Positions 27,256-40,453 of a stretch of DNA of 64,000 nucleotides are shown here, piece after piece. Origin of the DNA: Isurus oxyrinchus. Taxonomy: Eukaryota. The notes under the pieces were generated by a model. It was not told where the DNA came from. It worked only from the letters and a program-made list of their open reading frames with translations, and searched no databases. Positions within the stretch are counted from its first letter, which is position 1, and the number at the start of each line of letters is the position of its first letter. The stretch lies in the NCBI GenBank assembly GCA_026770705.1, contig JANJGN010000150.1, forward strand, positions 558,001 through 622,000, written 5' to 3'. The translations under genes were made by a program, and so were the position numbers.

Positions 27256-28226
27256 GGGGAGAATCTGCCTGGGTTTTGAGCTGAAATCATGAGCAAGTCT
27301 TAAATCCTTCCGTATCAGAGAGAAGAGGGAGAGAGTGTGAGAGAGAGAGAGAAAGAGAGGGAGAGAGAGACAGTGTGAGAGAGAAAAAGAGATAGAGAGA
27401 GTGTGTGCATGTGTGAGGGAGAGTGTGTGTGTATGAGGGAGAGAGTGTGCATGTGAGAGAGAGTGTGTTTGAGAGAGAGTGTGTGTGTGAGAGAGTGTGT
27501 GTGAGGGAGAGAATGTGCGTGTGAGAGAGAGTGTGTGTGAGAGAGAGTGTGTGTGAGAGAGAGTGTGTGTGAGAGAGAGTGTGTGTGAGAGAGAGTGTGT
27601 GTGTGAGAGAGAGGGTGCTTGTGTGTGAGAGAGAATGTGCGAGAGAGAGAGAGGGTACTTGTGTGTGAGAGAGAGAAAGAGGGAGACAGCAGAAGAGCGA
27701 GATAGAGAGAAATGGTGAAAGTTTGAGAGAGAGAGAATGTGTGTGTCAGAGAGAGAATGAGTGTGTTTGAGAGAGAGAGATAGAGCAGAAGAGTGCGATA
27801 GAGAGAGATTGTGTTTGTGAGAGAGAGAATGTGTGTGTGTGAGAGAGAGAGAGAGCAGAGGAGTGTGATAGAGAGAGATTGTGAGTGTTAGAGAGAGAAT
27901 GTGTGTGTGAGAGAGAGAGAGAGATAGAGCAGAAGAGTGTGATAGAGACAGATTGTGAGGGCTAAACTCACTGAGAGATAAAGCTGGACACCCAGCACAG
28001 GGAGTGAGGGAACAATGAATTTTTGCCGTCTTTGGTGAATCAGTTTGCGATGTCCCTTCTCAATCTCTCCTTCCTTGTCTTGACGTTAGTTTATTCCCTG
28101 GGGCTGTTTAATTCCCTGAAAGGTGCCATTTAAACACAAGTTGTTGTTGTTTGAGGAAGAAACGCTGGGGACAATTTATGAAAAAGTCTCTGTCTTTATC
28201 ATTTCCATTTAGATGAGGAACTGAAG

Positions 28227-28272
28227 ATGGGAGAGGTCGGTCTGATATTGATCTTCATCAGCTTGCTGCAAG
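28227..28272 (+). CDS. Siglec/CD22-like gene B leader exon (MGEVGLILIFISLLQ)
   Basis: ATG at 28227, donor CAAG|gtac, phase 1. Confidence 0.9.
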
Positions 28273-29092
28273 GTACAAATTCATTACTGATCGGAACTCA
28301 GGGAATTGGATTCTTTCCTGGAGTGAGGAAGTGAACATTTAATTTTAGAGAACAGGGTTAGTGATCACACAGAGAGTGAGCGAATAGCGAGTCAGAGAAT
28401 ATAGCAAAAGAAAAAGCCTCATACGGACTCGAAACACCAACTCTGTTTCTCTCTCCACAGATGCTGTCAGACCTGCTGAGTTTTTCCAGCATTTTCTGTT
28501 TGTGCATCAGAGAGCTTGTTTCAATAGGAATGACAGTGCATTTATACAGCACCTTTAATGCAGTAAAACATCCTTATTGCTTCACAGGATTCCCTCCCAA
28601 GGGGTAACATCCCCTCAGCATCCACCCTGTCAAACCCCCCACCACCTCAGAATCTTATATGTTTCAATAAGATCACCTCTCATTCTTCTAAACTCCAATG
28701 GATACAGGGCCCAACCTGCTCAACATTTCCTCATAAGACAAACCCCCTTCATCCCAGGAATCAGCCCAGTGATCCTCCTCTGAGCTGCCTCCAATGCAGA
28801 GTCTATCCCTCCCTAAGTAAGGAGACCAGAACTGTACACACTGCTCCTGATACAATCTCACCAACGCCCTGTACAGTTGTAGCAAGACTCCCCTCCTTTT
28901 ATACTCCATCCCTTTGCAATAAAGGCCAACATTCCACTTGCCTTCCTCATTCCGTGGTGTTCCTGAATGCTGACTTTCTGTGATTCATGTACAAGGACAC
29001 CCAGATCCCTCTGTACCGCATTCTGCTGACTCTCTCCATTGAAGTAATATTCTGCTTTTTGATGTCCTGTCTCTTCCCTTGTTGCCTTTCAG

Positions 29093-29449
29093 GAGTGACG
29101 TCAGAGGGATGGTCTATGAAGGCGCTGTCTCGGAGGGCCATCAGCAGCTCTTGTGTGGTTATTCCGTGTAGCTTTGACTTTCCTTCCCACTCTTACACAG
29201 CACTGCACGGAGCTTGGTATAAATATTGGTATAGATGGAAATATACCATCACATACACCAAAGATCCCAACTATGCGATGGCCACATTCGTGGGACGTGC
29301 TAAAATAATCGGCGACTTGGAAGGGAAGAATTGTTCGGTGAGGATTGAGAGTCTCAGAGCTGAAGACAGTGATGTGTATTACTTCTACGTGGATGCGGAG
29401 GGCTACACAGATCACACTTTTACACAACCAGTCCAACTCCAGGTTCTTG
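29093..29449 (+). CDS. Gene B V-set Ig exon (Siglec-type Cys pattern, no essential Arg: DVYYFYV)
   Basis: 357 nt, open, phase 1-1, tttcag / gtaagt. SCVVIPCSF, GRAKIIGDLEGKNCSVRI, EDSDVYYF. Confidence 0.92.
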
Positions 29450-29579
29450 GTAAGTCCCAGTTCCTTTCACACTCAGTCTATCAGCACAAGGGGGTCATGT
29501 TCTCATCTCAGAGCCAGGCAGTCATGGGTTGAATTCCTGCTCCAGGAGATGTCAGAACAAAGTCCAGTATGTGATCTGG

Positions 29580-29975
29580 TGCAGTACTGAGGGAGTTCCA
29601 CACTGTCAGAGGGTCAGTACTGAGGGAGTGCTGCACTGTTGGAGGGTCAGTACTGAGCGAGTGCCACACTGTCAGAGCATCAGTACTGCGGGAGTGCTGC
29701 ACTGTCGGACGGTCAGTACTGAGGGAGTGCTACACTGTCGGAGGGTGAGTACTGAGGGAGTGCTGCACTGTCACCGGGTCAGTACTGATGGAGTGCTGTA
29801 CTGTCGGAGGGTCAGTATTGAGGGAGTGCTGCACTGTCGGAGGGTCAGTACTGATGGAGTGCTGTACTGTCGGAGGGTCAGTACAGGGGGAGTTCTGCAC
29901 TGTCGGAGGGTGAGTACCGAGGGGGTGCTGCACCTTTGGGGGGTCAGTATTGAGGGAGTGCTGCACCATTGGGGG
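29580..29975 (-). repeat. 33-bp satellite
   Basis: Same unit, reverse orientation. Confidence 0.9.
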
Positions 29976-30624
29976 GGTCTTTGCCGAGTGAGTGCTGCTC
30001 TGTCTGAGAATCATCACTTGTATCAAAACGTTTTTAACTTTACTGTTGTTCCCACTTCAGCTGCAACTGCTCCACATCCCCATGTGTTAACTGGAGCATG
30101 TCAGCCTGGAGTTACGTGGAATTGCAGAGCAGAATCTGCTCTCACACATTGAAGCTGGCAATCGCTAAGTGTCCCTCAGTGATGATGTTTTCTGATGGAA
30201 TGAAACTTGGCAAAGCAGTGGGTAGTGATAAGGAGAGATTGGGCATGAGAGGGGCAGGATCAGGGTGAGGTGGGCAGACACATGGCTGATGCAGTTCACC
30301 GCAGTGTCGTGTGAAGTGACGCACTTTGTCAGGATGAATACAGACAGATATTGGACAGTAATGATTTGGACAGGTGTAGGTGAGCAGAGACCTGGGCGTC
30401 TCTCTGCACTCATTCTGAAAGATTAAAGGACAACTTGTTGAGGTGATGAAGAAAGAAAATGTCTTCCTTGTGTTAACAGACTGAGGAACCGAGTTAAAAG
30501 CAAAGAGATCATGCGGGAACTTTATAAATCACTGGTTAGAACTCAGCTGGAATATTGTTCAGAACGCTGGGCCTCCACACTTCAGGAAAGATGTAAGAGC
30601 TTCAGAAAGGGTGTCCAAGAGGAC

Positions 30625-31110
30625 AAAACTGTAAAAACTGGGACATAAGAGTCCTGCTCCAAACTCGTCTTGTATAGCTTAACATATAACAGTGGTAAAA
30701 CTGGGAAATAAGAGTCCTGCTCCAAACTGGTCTTGTATAGCTTAATATAAAACACCAGTAAAACTGGGAAATAAGAGTACTGGTCCAAACTGGTCTTGTA
30801 TAGCTTAATATAGAACACCAGTAAAACTGGGAAATAAGAGTACTGGTCCAAACTGGTCTTGTATAGCTTAATATAGAACACCAGTTAAACTGGGAAATAA
30901 GAGTACTGGTCCAAACTGGTCTTGCATAGCTTAATATAGAACACCAGTTAAACTGGGAAATAAGAGTACTGGTCCAAACTGGTCTTGTATAGAATAATAT
31001 AGAACACCAGTGAAACCGCGAGATAAGAGTCCTGGTCCAAACTGGTCTTGTATAGAATAATATAGAACACCAGTAAAACTGCGAGATAAGAGTACTGATC
31101 TGAACTGATT
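30625..31110. repeat. 61-bp minisatellite (~8 copies) inside a CR1 fragment
   Basis: aaactgggaaataagagtactggtccaaactggtcttgtatagcttaatatagaacaccag repeated. Confidence 0.9.
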
Positions 31111-31602
31111 TTTTGCTTCTGGGTGGAGAGGAGATTGAGCAGAATGGGTCCAGGGATGAGGGATTTTAGCTACAAGGTTGGGTTGGAGAAGCTGGGGTTG
31201 TTCTCCTTGGAGCAAAGGAGATTGAGGGGGGATCTGATCGAGGTGTACAAGATGATGATGGGTTTAGATAAGGTAGACGAAGAGAAGATGTTGCCATTAG
31301 CTGATGGTACAAGGACCGGGGGACACAGATTGAAGGTTGTGGGTGGGGGGCGATGTGAGGAGGAACTTTTTTACACAGCGAGTGGTAATGAGCTGGAACT
31401 CGCTGCCTACGAGGATGGTGGAAGTGGAGACGATGAACAATTTCAAAAGGAAGATGGTGGGTGGGATGCCAATCAATCGGGCTGCTTTGTCCTGGATGGT
31501 GTCGAGCTTCTTGAGTGTTGTTGGAGCCGCACCCATCCCGGCAACTGGAGAGAATTCCATCACACTCAGTGTTTAATGTGTTGATAATTTTGTATTTGAA
31601 AG

Positions 31603-31860
31603 ATTCTCCTCACAACACGTCTGTCAGGATGACACTGGAAAAAGGAAAGGTGATTTCTCTAAGTTGTTCCAGTGACGGGAATCCAGCAGTCCACAATTTC
31701 ACCTGGTTTAAGATCTCCCAAGGAAAGGTGACGAATCTCGCGCTCGCTGGTCAAACTATTACAGTTCCTTATGGATTCGATGAGGAAATCTCCTACTACT
31801 GTGAAGCAACAAGTATCCTGGGCAGTTCCCAGTCTCTGCCCATTAGAATTCCCACTGAAT
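31603..31860 (+). CDS. Gene B CD22-like C2 Ig exon
   Basis: 258 nt, phase 1-1; LSCSSDGNPAVHNFTWFK...YYCEATSILG. Confidence 0.9.
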
Positions 31861-33214
31861 GTGAGTAATTTCAATCCTGACTTTTAAACAATTCCACATC
31901 TTGTCCAAACTCCGAGGTGAATCAAATCTCCCCTTGGGTGTTGCTGAAAACATGCTGTCGAAGGTTTCAATCCTCGTCAGGACAGAGTCACGAGAAAACC
32001 CAATCTCAAAGGGAACAGCCATTTCTGATGCGGGGGAAGAGGGCGTGCTGATTGGCTGGCAAGTCGACATTTCTCCACAGTTTGTTCACAATTCTCAGTG
32101 ATGGTCACCATGAAACTACCAGATTGTTGTAAAAACCCATCTGGGTCAGTAATCTCCTTTAGGGAGGGAATTCTGCCATCCTTACCCGGTCTGGCCTACA
32201 TGTGACTCCTGACCCACAGCCATGTGGGGGAATCTTAACTGCCCCTCTGAATGGGCCGGGCATGCCACTCAGTTGTATTCGAGCGGGCGGCTCACCACCG
32301 CCTTCTCAAGGGGCAACTAGGGATGGGCAATAAACGCTGGCCCTGCCAGTGATGCCCACATTACTGAATGAATTCCAATAGAAGAGGAATCCTCCCATTC
32401 TAGAGATTGGCGATCCATACACTGGGCTGACATTCCCAGTCATTCAATAATCAGCCTGTTCCCCCATTCAATCAGATCACGGCTGGTCTGTATATTAACC
32501 CCATCCACCCAGCTCGGTTCCTTAAACCTTAAACACCCCCCGACCCAACAGAAATCTCCCAATGTCAGTTTTGAAATTTACAATTGACCCCTCCCAGCCT
32601 CGACAGCTTTTTCTGGGGGAGAGAGTTCCAGATTTCCACCCCCCCTTTGTGTGAAGAAGTGCTTCCTGACATCACCCCCTGAACGGCCTGGCTCCAATTT
32701 TAAGATTCTGCCCCCTTGTTCTGGACCCCCCCTCACCTCACCCCCACCCCCAACCCCCACACCCACCCTCACCCCCACCCCCACCCCCACCCCCACCCCC
32801 ACCCTCACCCCCACCCCCTCACCTCACCCCCACCACCAGGGGAAATAGTTTCTCTCTATCGACCCCATCAAATCCTTTAATCATCTTAAACCCCTCGATT
32901 AGATCACCCCTTAATCTTCAAGACTCGAGGGAACACAAGCCTGGTCTGTGCAACCTGTCCTCAGAATTTAACCCTTTCAGCCCCGGGATCGTTCTGGTGA
33001 CTCTGGGCTGCAGCCCCTCGGAGGGCAATATACCCTCCCTGAGGGGCGGGACCCACAACTGAAGCCACTAACTGCAGGTGGGCTCTGAGCAGAGATTTAT
33101 AACCTGATGCATCTCTCCGAGCCTCTTTGTATTCCCACTTCCTTGGGGTAAAGGCCCCAATTCCATCTGAATTCTCTATTGCTACGGTGTGACTGACACG
33201 GGATATATTAATGG

Positions 33215-35520
33215 GTGGTTTTCCTCTGAACTGTATCTCAGAATAAATGATCCCCTGGAAAACAGTGACCATAACCTGGTACAATTCAGCATTCCCTCTG
33301 AGACTGAGAAACTTGGGTCGGAAACAACTGTGCTGGACTTAAATAAGTGTAATTACAAAGGAATAAGGACAGGGTTGTCTGGAGTGGACTGGGAAAGGGG
33401 TTTAGCAGAAAAGATGCTGGATGAACAATGGCAGATCTTTAAGAAAATATCTCATGACTCACAACAAAGATATATCCCGGTGAGGAAGAAGGATTGTAGG
33501 AAGAGAATAAACCAACCTGGGTTACCCAAAGAAGTTAAGGCGTGTGTCAAATTGAAAGAGAAAACATGCAATATGGTTAGTGGTAAGCCAGAGGATTGGG
33601 AACGTTTTAAAAACCAACAGAAGATGACCAAAAAATAAATAAAGAGGCAGAAAACTATGTAAACTAGCAAATTATAAAAAAAGGACAGTAAAAGCTTCTT
33701 TAAATATATAAAAAGGGAGAGAGAGACCAAAGTGAACATAGGCCCCTGAGAGAACTAGGCTGGGGAAATAATAATGAGGAGCCAGGAAATGACAGAGGAG
33801 TTGAATAAATACTTTGCATCAGTCTTCACGGTAGAACACACTAATAGCATTCCAAAAAAACTAAATAATCAAGGGGCAAAAGGGGGGTGGGGGGAGGAAA
33901 TAAATACAGTAACTATCACTAGAGAATAATACTAGGGAAAGTCATGGGTCTCAAGGCTGATAGGTCCCCTGGACCTGATAGGTTGCATCTTAGGATATTA
34001 AAGGAAGTAGATGCAGAGATAGTGGATGCACTGGTTTTAATCTTCCAAGAATCCTTAGATTCTGGGAAACTCCCAGAGGATTGGAAATCTGCCAAAGTAA
34101 CACCCATATTCAAAAAGGGAGGGAGACAACAAACAGGTAACTATAGGCCAGTTAGCTTAACATCTGTCATTGGGAACATGTTAGAGTCCATTATAAAGGA
34201 TGTAATAGCAGACTATTTAGAAATGCATAATTTAATCACACACAGGCTTCATGAAGGGGAAATCATGCATGACAAATTTATTAGAATTCCTTGAGGAGAT
34301 AACAAACAGGATAGATAAAGGGGAACCAGTAGATGTAATATATTTGGATTTCCAAAAGTTGTTCAGTAAATTACCACATATAAGGCTACTTAATAAGATA
34401 AGAGCCCATGGTGTTGGGGGCAGTATATTAGCATGGATAGAGGATCGACTAACTAAGAGAAGACAGAGATTTGAGATAAGGGGGGCATTTTCAGGATGTC
34501 AACCTGTGGAGTGCCACAGGGATCAGTGCTGGGGCCACAATTATTTACAATATATATTAATGACTTGGATGAGGGAAATTAATGTACTTTCGCCAAGTTT
34601 GCGGATGACACAAAAATAGATGGGAAGGCAAGTGGTGAGGGTGACACGAAGAGTCTACAGAGAGACATAGACAGGTTCAGTGAGTGGACATCAACTTGGC
34701 AGATGGAATATAATGTGGGAAAATGTGAGCTGCTGCACTGTGGCAGGATGTATAGAGGAGCTGAATATTATTTCAATGGAGAAAGACATTGGAAAGGTGA
34801 AGCATATTGGAATTTGGGGGTCATCAGAAAGATAACTTACAAGTTCAACAGTTAATAGGGAAGGCAGGTGGAATGTTGGCCTTTATTTCAAAGGGAATGG
34901 AGTATAAAAATAGGGAAGTCTTGCTAAAACTATACAAGGCACTAGTTAGACCACACCTAGAATACTGTGAGCAGTTTTGGTTCCCTTATCTAAGGAAAGA
35001 TGTACTGGCATTGGAGGCAGTCCAGAAAAGGTTCACTAGGTTGATCCCAGTAATGGAGGGATTTTCATATGAGGAGAGGTTGAGTAGGATGGGCCTGTAC
35101 TCATTGGAGTTTAGGAGAATGAGAGCTGACCTTATTGAAACATATAAGATTCTTAGGGCGCTTGACAGGGTAGATGCTGAGAGGTTGTTTCCCCTTGTGG
35201 GAGAGTCTAGGACCAGAGGGCATAATCTCAGAGTAAGGGGGCACCCATTTAAGACAGAGATGAGGAGTTTCTTCTCTCAGAGGGTAGTGAATGTGTGGAA
35301 TTATTTACTGCAGAGAGCTGCAGAGGCTGGGTCATTAATTATATTCAAGGCTGAGATACACAGTTTTTTAATCAGTCAGGGAATCAAAGGCTATGGGGAA
35401 GAGGCAGGAAAGTGGAGTTGAGGATTGTCAGATCAGCCATGGTGCCATTGAATGGCGGAGCAGAGTTGATTGGCCGAATGGCCTCCTTCTGCTCTGACGT
35501 CTTGTGGTCTTATGGTCTTA
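33215..35520 (+). mobile_element. CR1-like LINE, 5'-truncated, degraded RT ORF
   Basis: SDHNLV, SPGPD, NYRPVSLTS, YLDFQK, FADD, LYKALVRPHLEYC..LYSLEFRRMR. Confidence 0.92.
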
Positions 35521-35524
35521 TCAC

Positions 35525-36480
35525 CCTCCAACAGTGCAGATCTCCCTAATTACTGATCCTCCGACAGTGCAGCACTCCCTCAGTACTGACCCTCCGACAG
35601 TGCAGCACTCCCTCAGTACTGACCCTGCAACAGTGCAGCACTCTTCCAGTACTGACCCTCCGACAATGCAGCACTTCCTCAGTAATGACCCTCCGACAGA
35701 GCAGCACTCCCTCAGTACTGAACATCTGACAGTGCAGCAATCTTCCAGTCCTGACCCTCCGACAGTGCAGCATTCTTCCAGTACTGACCCTCCGACAGTG
35801 CAGCATTCCCTCAGTACTGACCCTCCGACAGTGCATCACTCCCTCAGTACTGACCATCCAACAGTGCAGCACTCCTTCAGTACTGACCATCTGACAGTGC
35901 AGCACTCCCTCAGTACTGACCATCCAACAGTGCAGCACTCCCTCAGTACTGACCATCCAACAGTGCTGCACTCCCTCAGTACTGACCCTCTGACAGTGCA
36001 GTACTCTCTCAGTACTGACCCTCTGACAGTGCAGCACTCCCTCAGTACTGACCCTCTGACAATGCAGCACTCTCTCAGTACTGATCCTCCGACATTGCAG
36101 CACTCCCTCAGTACTGACCATCCAACAGTGCAGCACTCCATCAGTACTGAACCTCCAACAGTGCAGCACTCCCTCAGTACTGACCATCAAACAGTGCAGC
36201 ACTCCCTCAGTACTGACCATCCAACAGTGCAGCACTCCCTCAGTACTGACCCTCCGACAGTGCCGCACTCCCTCAGTACTGACCATCCAACTGTGCAGCA
36301 CTCCCTCAGTACTGACCATCCAACTGTGCAGCACTCCCTCACTACTCATTCTCCGACAGTGAAGTACTCGCTCAATACTGACTATGCGGCAGTGCAGCTT
36401 TCACAGTACCCACGCTCCAACAGTGCAGCACTCCCTCAGTACTGACCCTCCGACAGTACAGCACTCCCTCAGTACTGAGC
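35525..36480 (+). repeat. 33-bp satellite
   Basis: About 29 units. Confidence 0.92.
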
Positions 36481-36609
36481 TGTAGTGACTGCCTGAATTA
36501 AGTGCTTTGTGGTGAAGGAAGCTACATTGATATCAGACCTTTCACATTCTCAGGGTGTCTCAAAGTGCTTCACAGACAATGTAAGTAACTGATCTTTATT
36601 TGTTTTCAG

Positions 36610-36891
36610 ACACACCACAGAATCTCTCAATTAATTCTCTTGATATGATTAACGTTTCATTGATCAATATAATTGAGGGGAATTCTGCAGTGATAATCTG
36701 CTCAGTCGAGAGCTTCCCAGCTTCTAACCTGACGTGGCGACATCTTAATGTCCCAATGAACAGAACAAGTTCCAACAATGAGCTGTGGTTGGTGATTCCT
36801 CACGTTACATCCAGGGACACTGGAGACTATCAATGTGTGGCAGAGAATGAACATGGAGCAGTGGAGGGGTTCATAACCATCACTGTGGAAC
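36610..36891 (+). CDS. Gene B C2/I-set Ig exon (module shared with genes C and D)
   Basis: 282 nt, phase 1-1, ttttcag / gtgagt. Confidence 0.9.
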
Positions 36892-37370
36892 GTGAGTTAC
36901 ACAGACTTCAACAACTCTCTCAGATTTGAACACATATACATAAATGCACTCCCACACGCACTCACTGCACTGGAGTCTTGGTGTCAGCTCCAATTCTGGA
37001 TGGAACGAAGGTAAACTCCAGATCAACAAGACCCTGAATTGGATGACCAAACTCCTGAACAGTGAATTGTAGATTTACCCCTCAGTGCTCCATCAATCAA
37101 ATACAATTCATTGCCTGTAAAGGCTTGGCGAAATCCTGAGGATGTGAATGAAAGTTTCTTTCATTCTAGATTGATAGCACCTCAACTGGTGGGGGAATGC
37201 AACTGCAGTGTGACAGTTTACATAGGCAGTGTCCATTATAAATGTGACAGAGGAACTTATGCTGAGGAAGGTGCCTGGAATTGTATTCAGACATCAGATA
37301 CGTAGAGATGATACATGGAGTCTTGATGTGCATTGTGCTTGCTCACTCTAAAATCTTTATATGTTTTTAG

Positions 37371-37652
37371 ATGCTCCACAGAACCTCTCAATTACTTCTC
37401 TTGATATGATTAACGCTTCATCGATCAATATAATTGAGGGGAATTCTACAGTGATAATCTGCTCTGTCGAGAGCTTCCCAGCTTCTAACCTGACGTGGCG
37501 ACATCTTAATGTCCCAATGAACAGAACAAGTTCCAACAATGAGCTGTGGTTGGTGATTCCTCACGTTACATCCAGGGACACTGGAGACTATCAGTGTGTG
37601 GCAGAGAATGAACATGGAGCAGTGGAGGGATTCATAACCATCACTGTGGAAC
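37371..37652 (+). CDS. Gene B second C2/I-set Ig exon (shared module)
   Basis: 282 nt, phase 1-1, tttttag / gtgagt. Confidence 0.9.
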
Positions 37653-37689
37653 GTGAGTTACACAGAATTCTACATTCTCTTGTTATTAG

Positions 37690-38725
37690 CTCATGGGATG
37701 TGGGCATTGTTGACAAGGCCAGAAATTATTGCCCATCTGTAACTGCCCCTTGAGAAGGTGGTGGTGAGCTGCCTTCTTTAACCACTGCAGTCCATGTGGT
37801 GTAGGCACACCAACAGTGCTGTTAGAGAGGGAGTTCCAGGATTTTGACCCAACGACGGTGAAGGAACGGCCGATATAGTTCCAAGTCCCAGGGCAGACCA
37901 CCACCTCATGTTGATTTCCAAGTCACACACCTCACTGACTTGGAACTGTCTTGGTGGAAGAGGTTAAGGGTTTGGAAGGTGCAGTCGAAGAAGCTTTGGT
38001 GAGTTGCTGCAGTGCATCTTGTAGATGGTGCATACACTGCTGCCATTGTGTGCCAGTGGTGGAGGGTATGAATGTTTATGCTGGTGGATGGGCTGTCGAT
38101 CAAACAAGCTGCTCCTGGATGGTGTCGAGCTTCTTGAGTGTTGTTGGAGCTGCACTCATCCAGCCAAGTGGAGATTATTCCATCACAATCCTGACTTGTG
38201 CCTTGTCGATGGTGGACAGGCTTTGGAGAGTCAGGAGGTGAGTTACTCACCGCAGAGTTCCCAGCCTCTTACCCGTTCTTGTAACCACATTATTTCCTGT
38301 TGCCGGGTTGTTGCCAGGGCCAATAGCCTTTGCTGTATCCAGTATCATCAGCTGATTCCTGATGTCACGTGGAGTCAATCGAATTGTCTGAAAGCTGACA
38401 TCTGTGATGCTGGGACCCTCTGGAGGAGGCCGAGATGGAGCATCCACTCAGCACTTCTGGCTGAACATGGTTGCCAATGCTTCAGCCTTGTCGTTTGCAC
38501 TGATGTGCTGAGCTCCCCCATCATTAAGGATGGGGATATTTGTGGAATATCCTCCTCCTGTTAGATCTTTAATTGTCCATCACCATTCATGACTGGATGT
38601 GGCAGGACTGCAGAGCTTAGATCTGACCCGTTGGTTGTGGGATCGCTTTGCTCTGTCTATAGCATGTTGTTTCCGCTGTTTGGTGTGTATGTAGTCCTGT
38701 GTGTCACCTCAGCAGCTTGGCACCT
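37690..38725 (-). mobile_element. CR1/L2-clade LINE fragments
   Basis: Same family as 14350-15410; AKAIGPGNNPA, internally deleted. Confidence 0.8.
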
Positions 38726-38918
38726 CTGTTATATGTGAATCCTCCTTATAGAAACCTGCATGTACATGGATATTATCAATAAATATTACATAGATAAATG
38801 TTATTTGTATAGACCTTTCATGCATAGACAATATCACTTCACAAGTTCAGAATTACTATATGTACATAGGGAACCATTCTCAAACTGTACCGGAGTCATT
38901 CATTGGCTGATTTTACAG

Positions 38919-39015
38919 GGCGAGATTCCAATGAATGGAAAGCAGGATTGCTTGGAGCTGGAATCTGTTTGAGTGTTGGACTGAGTGGATTCTTCATCTT
39001 CAAGTGTATGAGAAA
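38919..39015 (+). CDS. Gene B transmembrane exon (RDSNEWKAGLLGAGICLSVGLSGFFIFKCMRK)
   Basis: ttttacag / gtaagt, 97 nt, phase 1 to 2; paralogous to the gene D TM exon. Confidence 0.9.
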
Positions 39016-39552
39016 GTAAGTGTGAAGGTTTAATTGGTTGTTTTCGAAAATGTTTTCTTCAACCTTCTCTCCTTATAGAAAGAACTTGCGTTTCTATAGC
39101 ACCTTTTACAATCCAAAACCCTTCACAGCCCCTGAAGAGTTTTGATTTTCACCTACTGTTTAACATCTCATCCAACACTCACTGTTTCACAACTCAGTCC
39201 TGTAACTGGCAGGGTTGACCCGGACCATAAGATACCTTGTGACCTCCTGAGTTTGTGAAAGGTGCGATATAAATGAAAACCTTTCTTTTGTTAGTGAATA
39301 CAATCTCTTTCCTTTTTCCATGTTTCATTCACTCTCTCTTACCTCCACTAATGCACGCCTTCTCATTCTCTCTCTCTCTCATTCACTCTCTCTCCAATCT
39401 CCACTAATGCTCTCCTTCTCATTCTCTCTCTCATTCTCTCTCTCTCTCCAGTCTCCACTAATGCTCTCCTTCTCATTCTTTCTCTCGTCCTCTTACACGT
39501 TGTTCAGTATCTCACATTTTTAAGGAGCGCTGAGCAACATCTGCTCCTTCAG

Positions 39553-39622
39553 AAGATCCACCTCAACACCTGGAGTGAGCAGTGAATTGAAACTCGCTCA
39601 ACGACTGCTCAGCTTTACACAG
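39553..39622 (+). pseudogene. Candidate gene B first cytoplasmic exon (RSTSTPGVSSELKLAQRLLSFTQ) lacking a GT donor
   Basis: Acceptor ctccttcag; 70 nt fits phase 2 to 0. It ends in CAG like the gene D equivalent, but is followed by gaatca. Confidence 0.4.
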
Positions 39623-40372
39623 GAATCACGTCACAGAGTCAGGACACAAAGGGTTAACAGTTTGTTAACAACACAACACTAAGGCCCTACGTTTCAATGA
39701 AAGGGTTTTCACAATTGTTCCCCAATTCCTGATTTGACTCACAGAGACACATCCACCCTTTCTCATTAAATACACAGAGGGAGCAGCACAGGAAGAGGTC
39801 ATTCAGCCCAAGCAGAGCGTGTGGGCAGTTCCTCCCCAGGCGAGCAGTCGGACAGGTACTGGGTAAGTAACGGAACGATTGGAATTCACTTCCACCACCA
39901 ACACCGTCCTTTGTTGATGTTGTGACTTTATAAAGACAGATTGCAATGATTGATGCCTTTGAAAGATTTCTACTGATTATTGAGATCTGGGTGTGAGGCT
40001 CAAGTCTGTTGTACAGAACATCTTTCTGGTTAAATTATGCAGACAGGTTACACACAGTCTACGATTATATTCACTCGGGTCTAGAAGATTTAGGAGGGAT
40101 CTAATTGAGGGGTTCAAACTGATTAAACACTCGATAGGGTCGATAGAGAGAAGCTATTCCCTCGGGTGGGGGTGAGGATGGGGGTCGGGTGGAGTCCAGA
40201 ACAAGGGGGCTGGAACTTCAGATTGGAGCCAGGCCGTTCAGGGGTGATGTCAGGAAGCACTTCTTCACACAAAGGGGAGTGGAAATCTGGAACTCTCTCC
40301 CCAATAATCAAACCCAACACCGAATACACATCATGTTGATTGTCATTCTGTCCATTTCCATCTCTATTTCGG

Positions 40373-40453
40373 AAGAGAGGTGAGGGGAAAGCAGGAATCA
40401 AATCGAACCACCGTGTTGATGAATATCGAGGTCCTGTTTATGAAAACTGTGAG
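40373..40453 (+). pseudogene. Gene B cytoplasmic exon relic (KRGEGKAGIKSNHRVDEYRGPVYENCE), acceptor reads GG
   Basis: Homologous to the 42238 exon and its acceptor (tctatttcgg|aagaga vs tctattacag|aagaaa); carries a YEN motif. Confidence 0.55.

Larger units (their letters stand above)
24090..29382 (+). repeat. Right arm of ~5-kb inverted segmental duplication
   Basis: Matches the left arm, with an extra ~380 nt at 26322-26700 and a longer satellite. Confidence 0.92.

Noticed and set aside
4685-29382. Programmed inversion switch joining a V head to gene D
   Set aside because: Both heads point outward, so inverting the spacer between the arms would not place a leader and V exon upstream of gene D.
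32725-32835. (CCCCCA)n tract and PT-repeat ORF
   Set aside because: Simple repeat expansion inside a CR1 3' fragment.
35504-36445. Long ORFs of repeated VQHSLSTDPPT / LRECCTVRGSV (also 26617-27292, 29529-30152, 52296-53009)
   Set aside because: Translations of a 33-bp satellite whose period is a multiple of 3; not genes.
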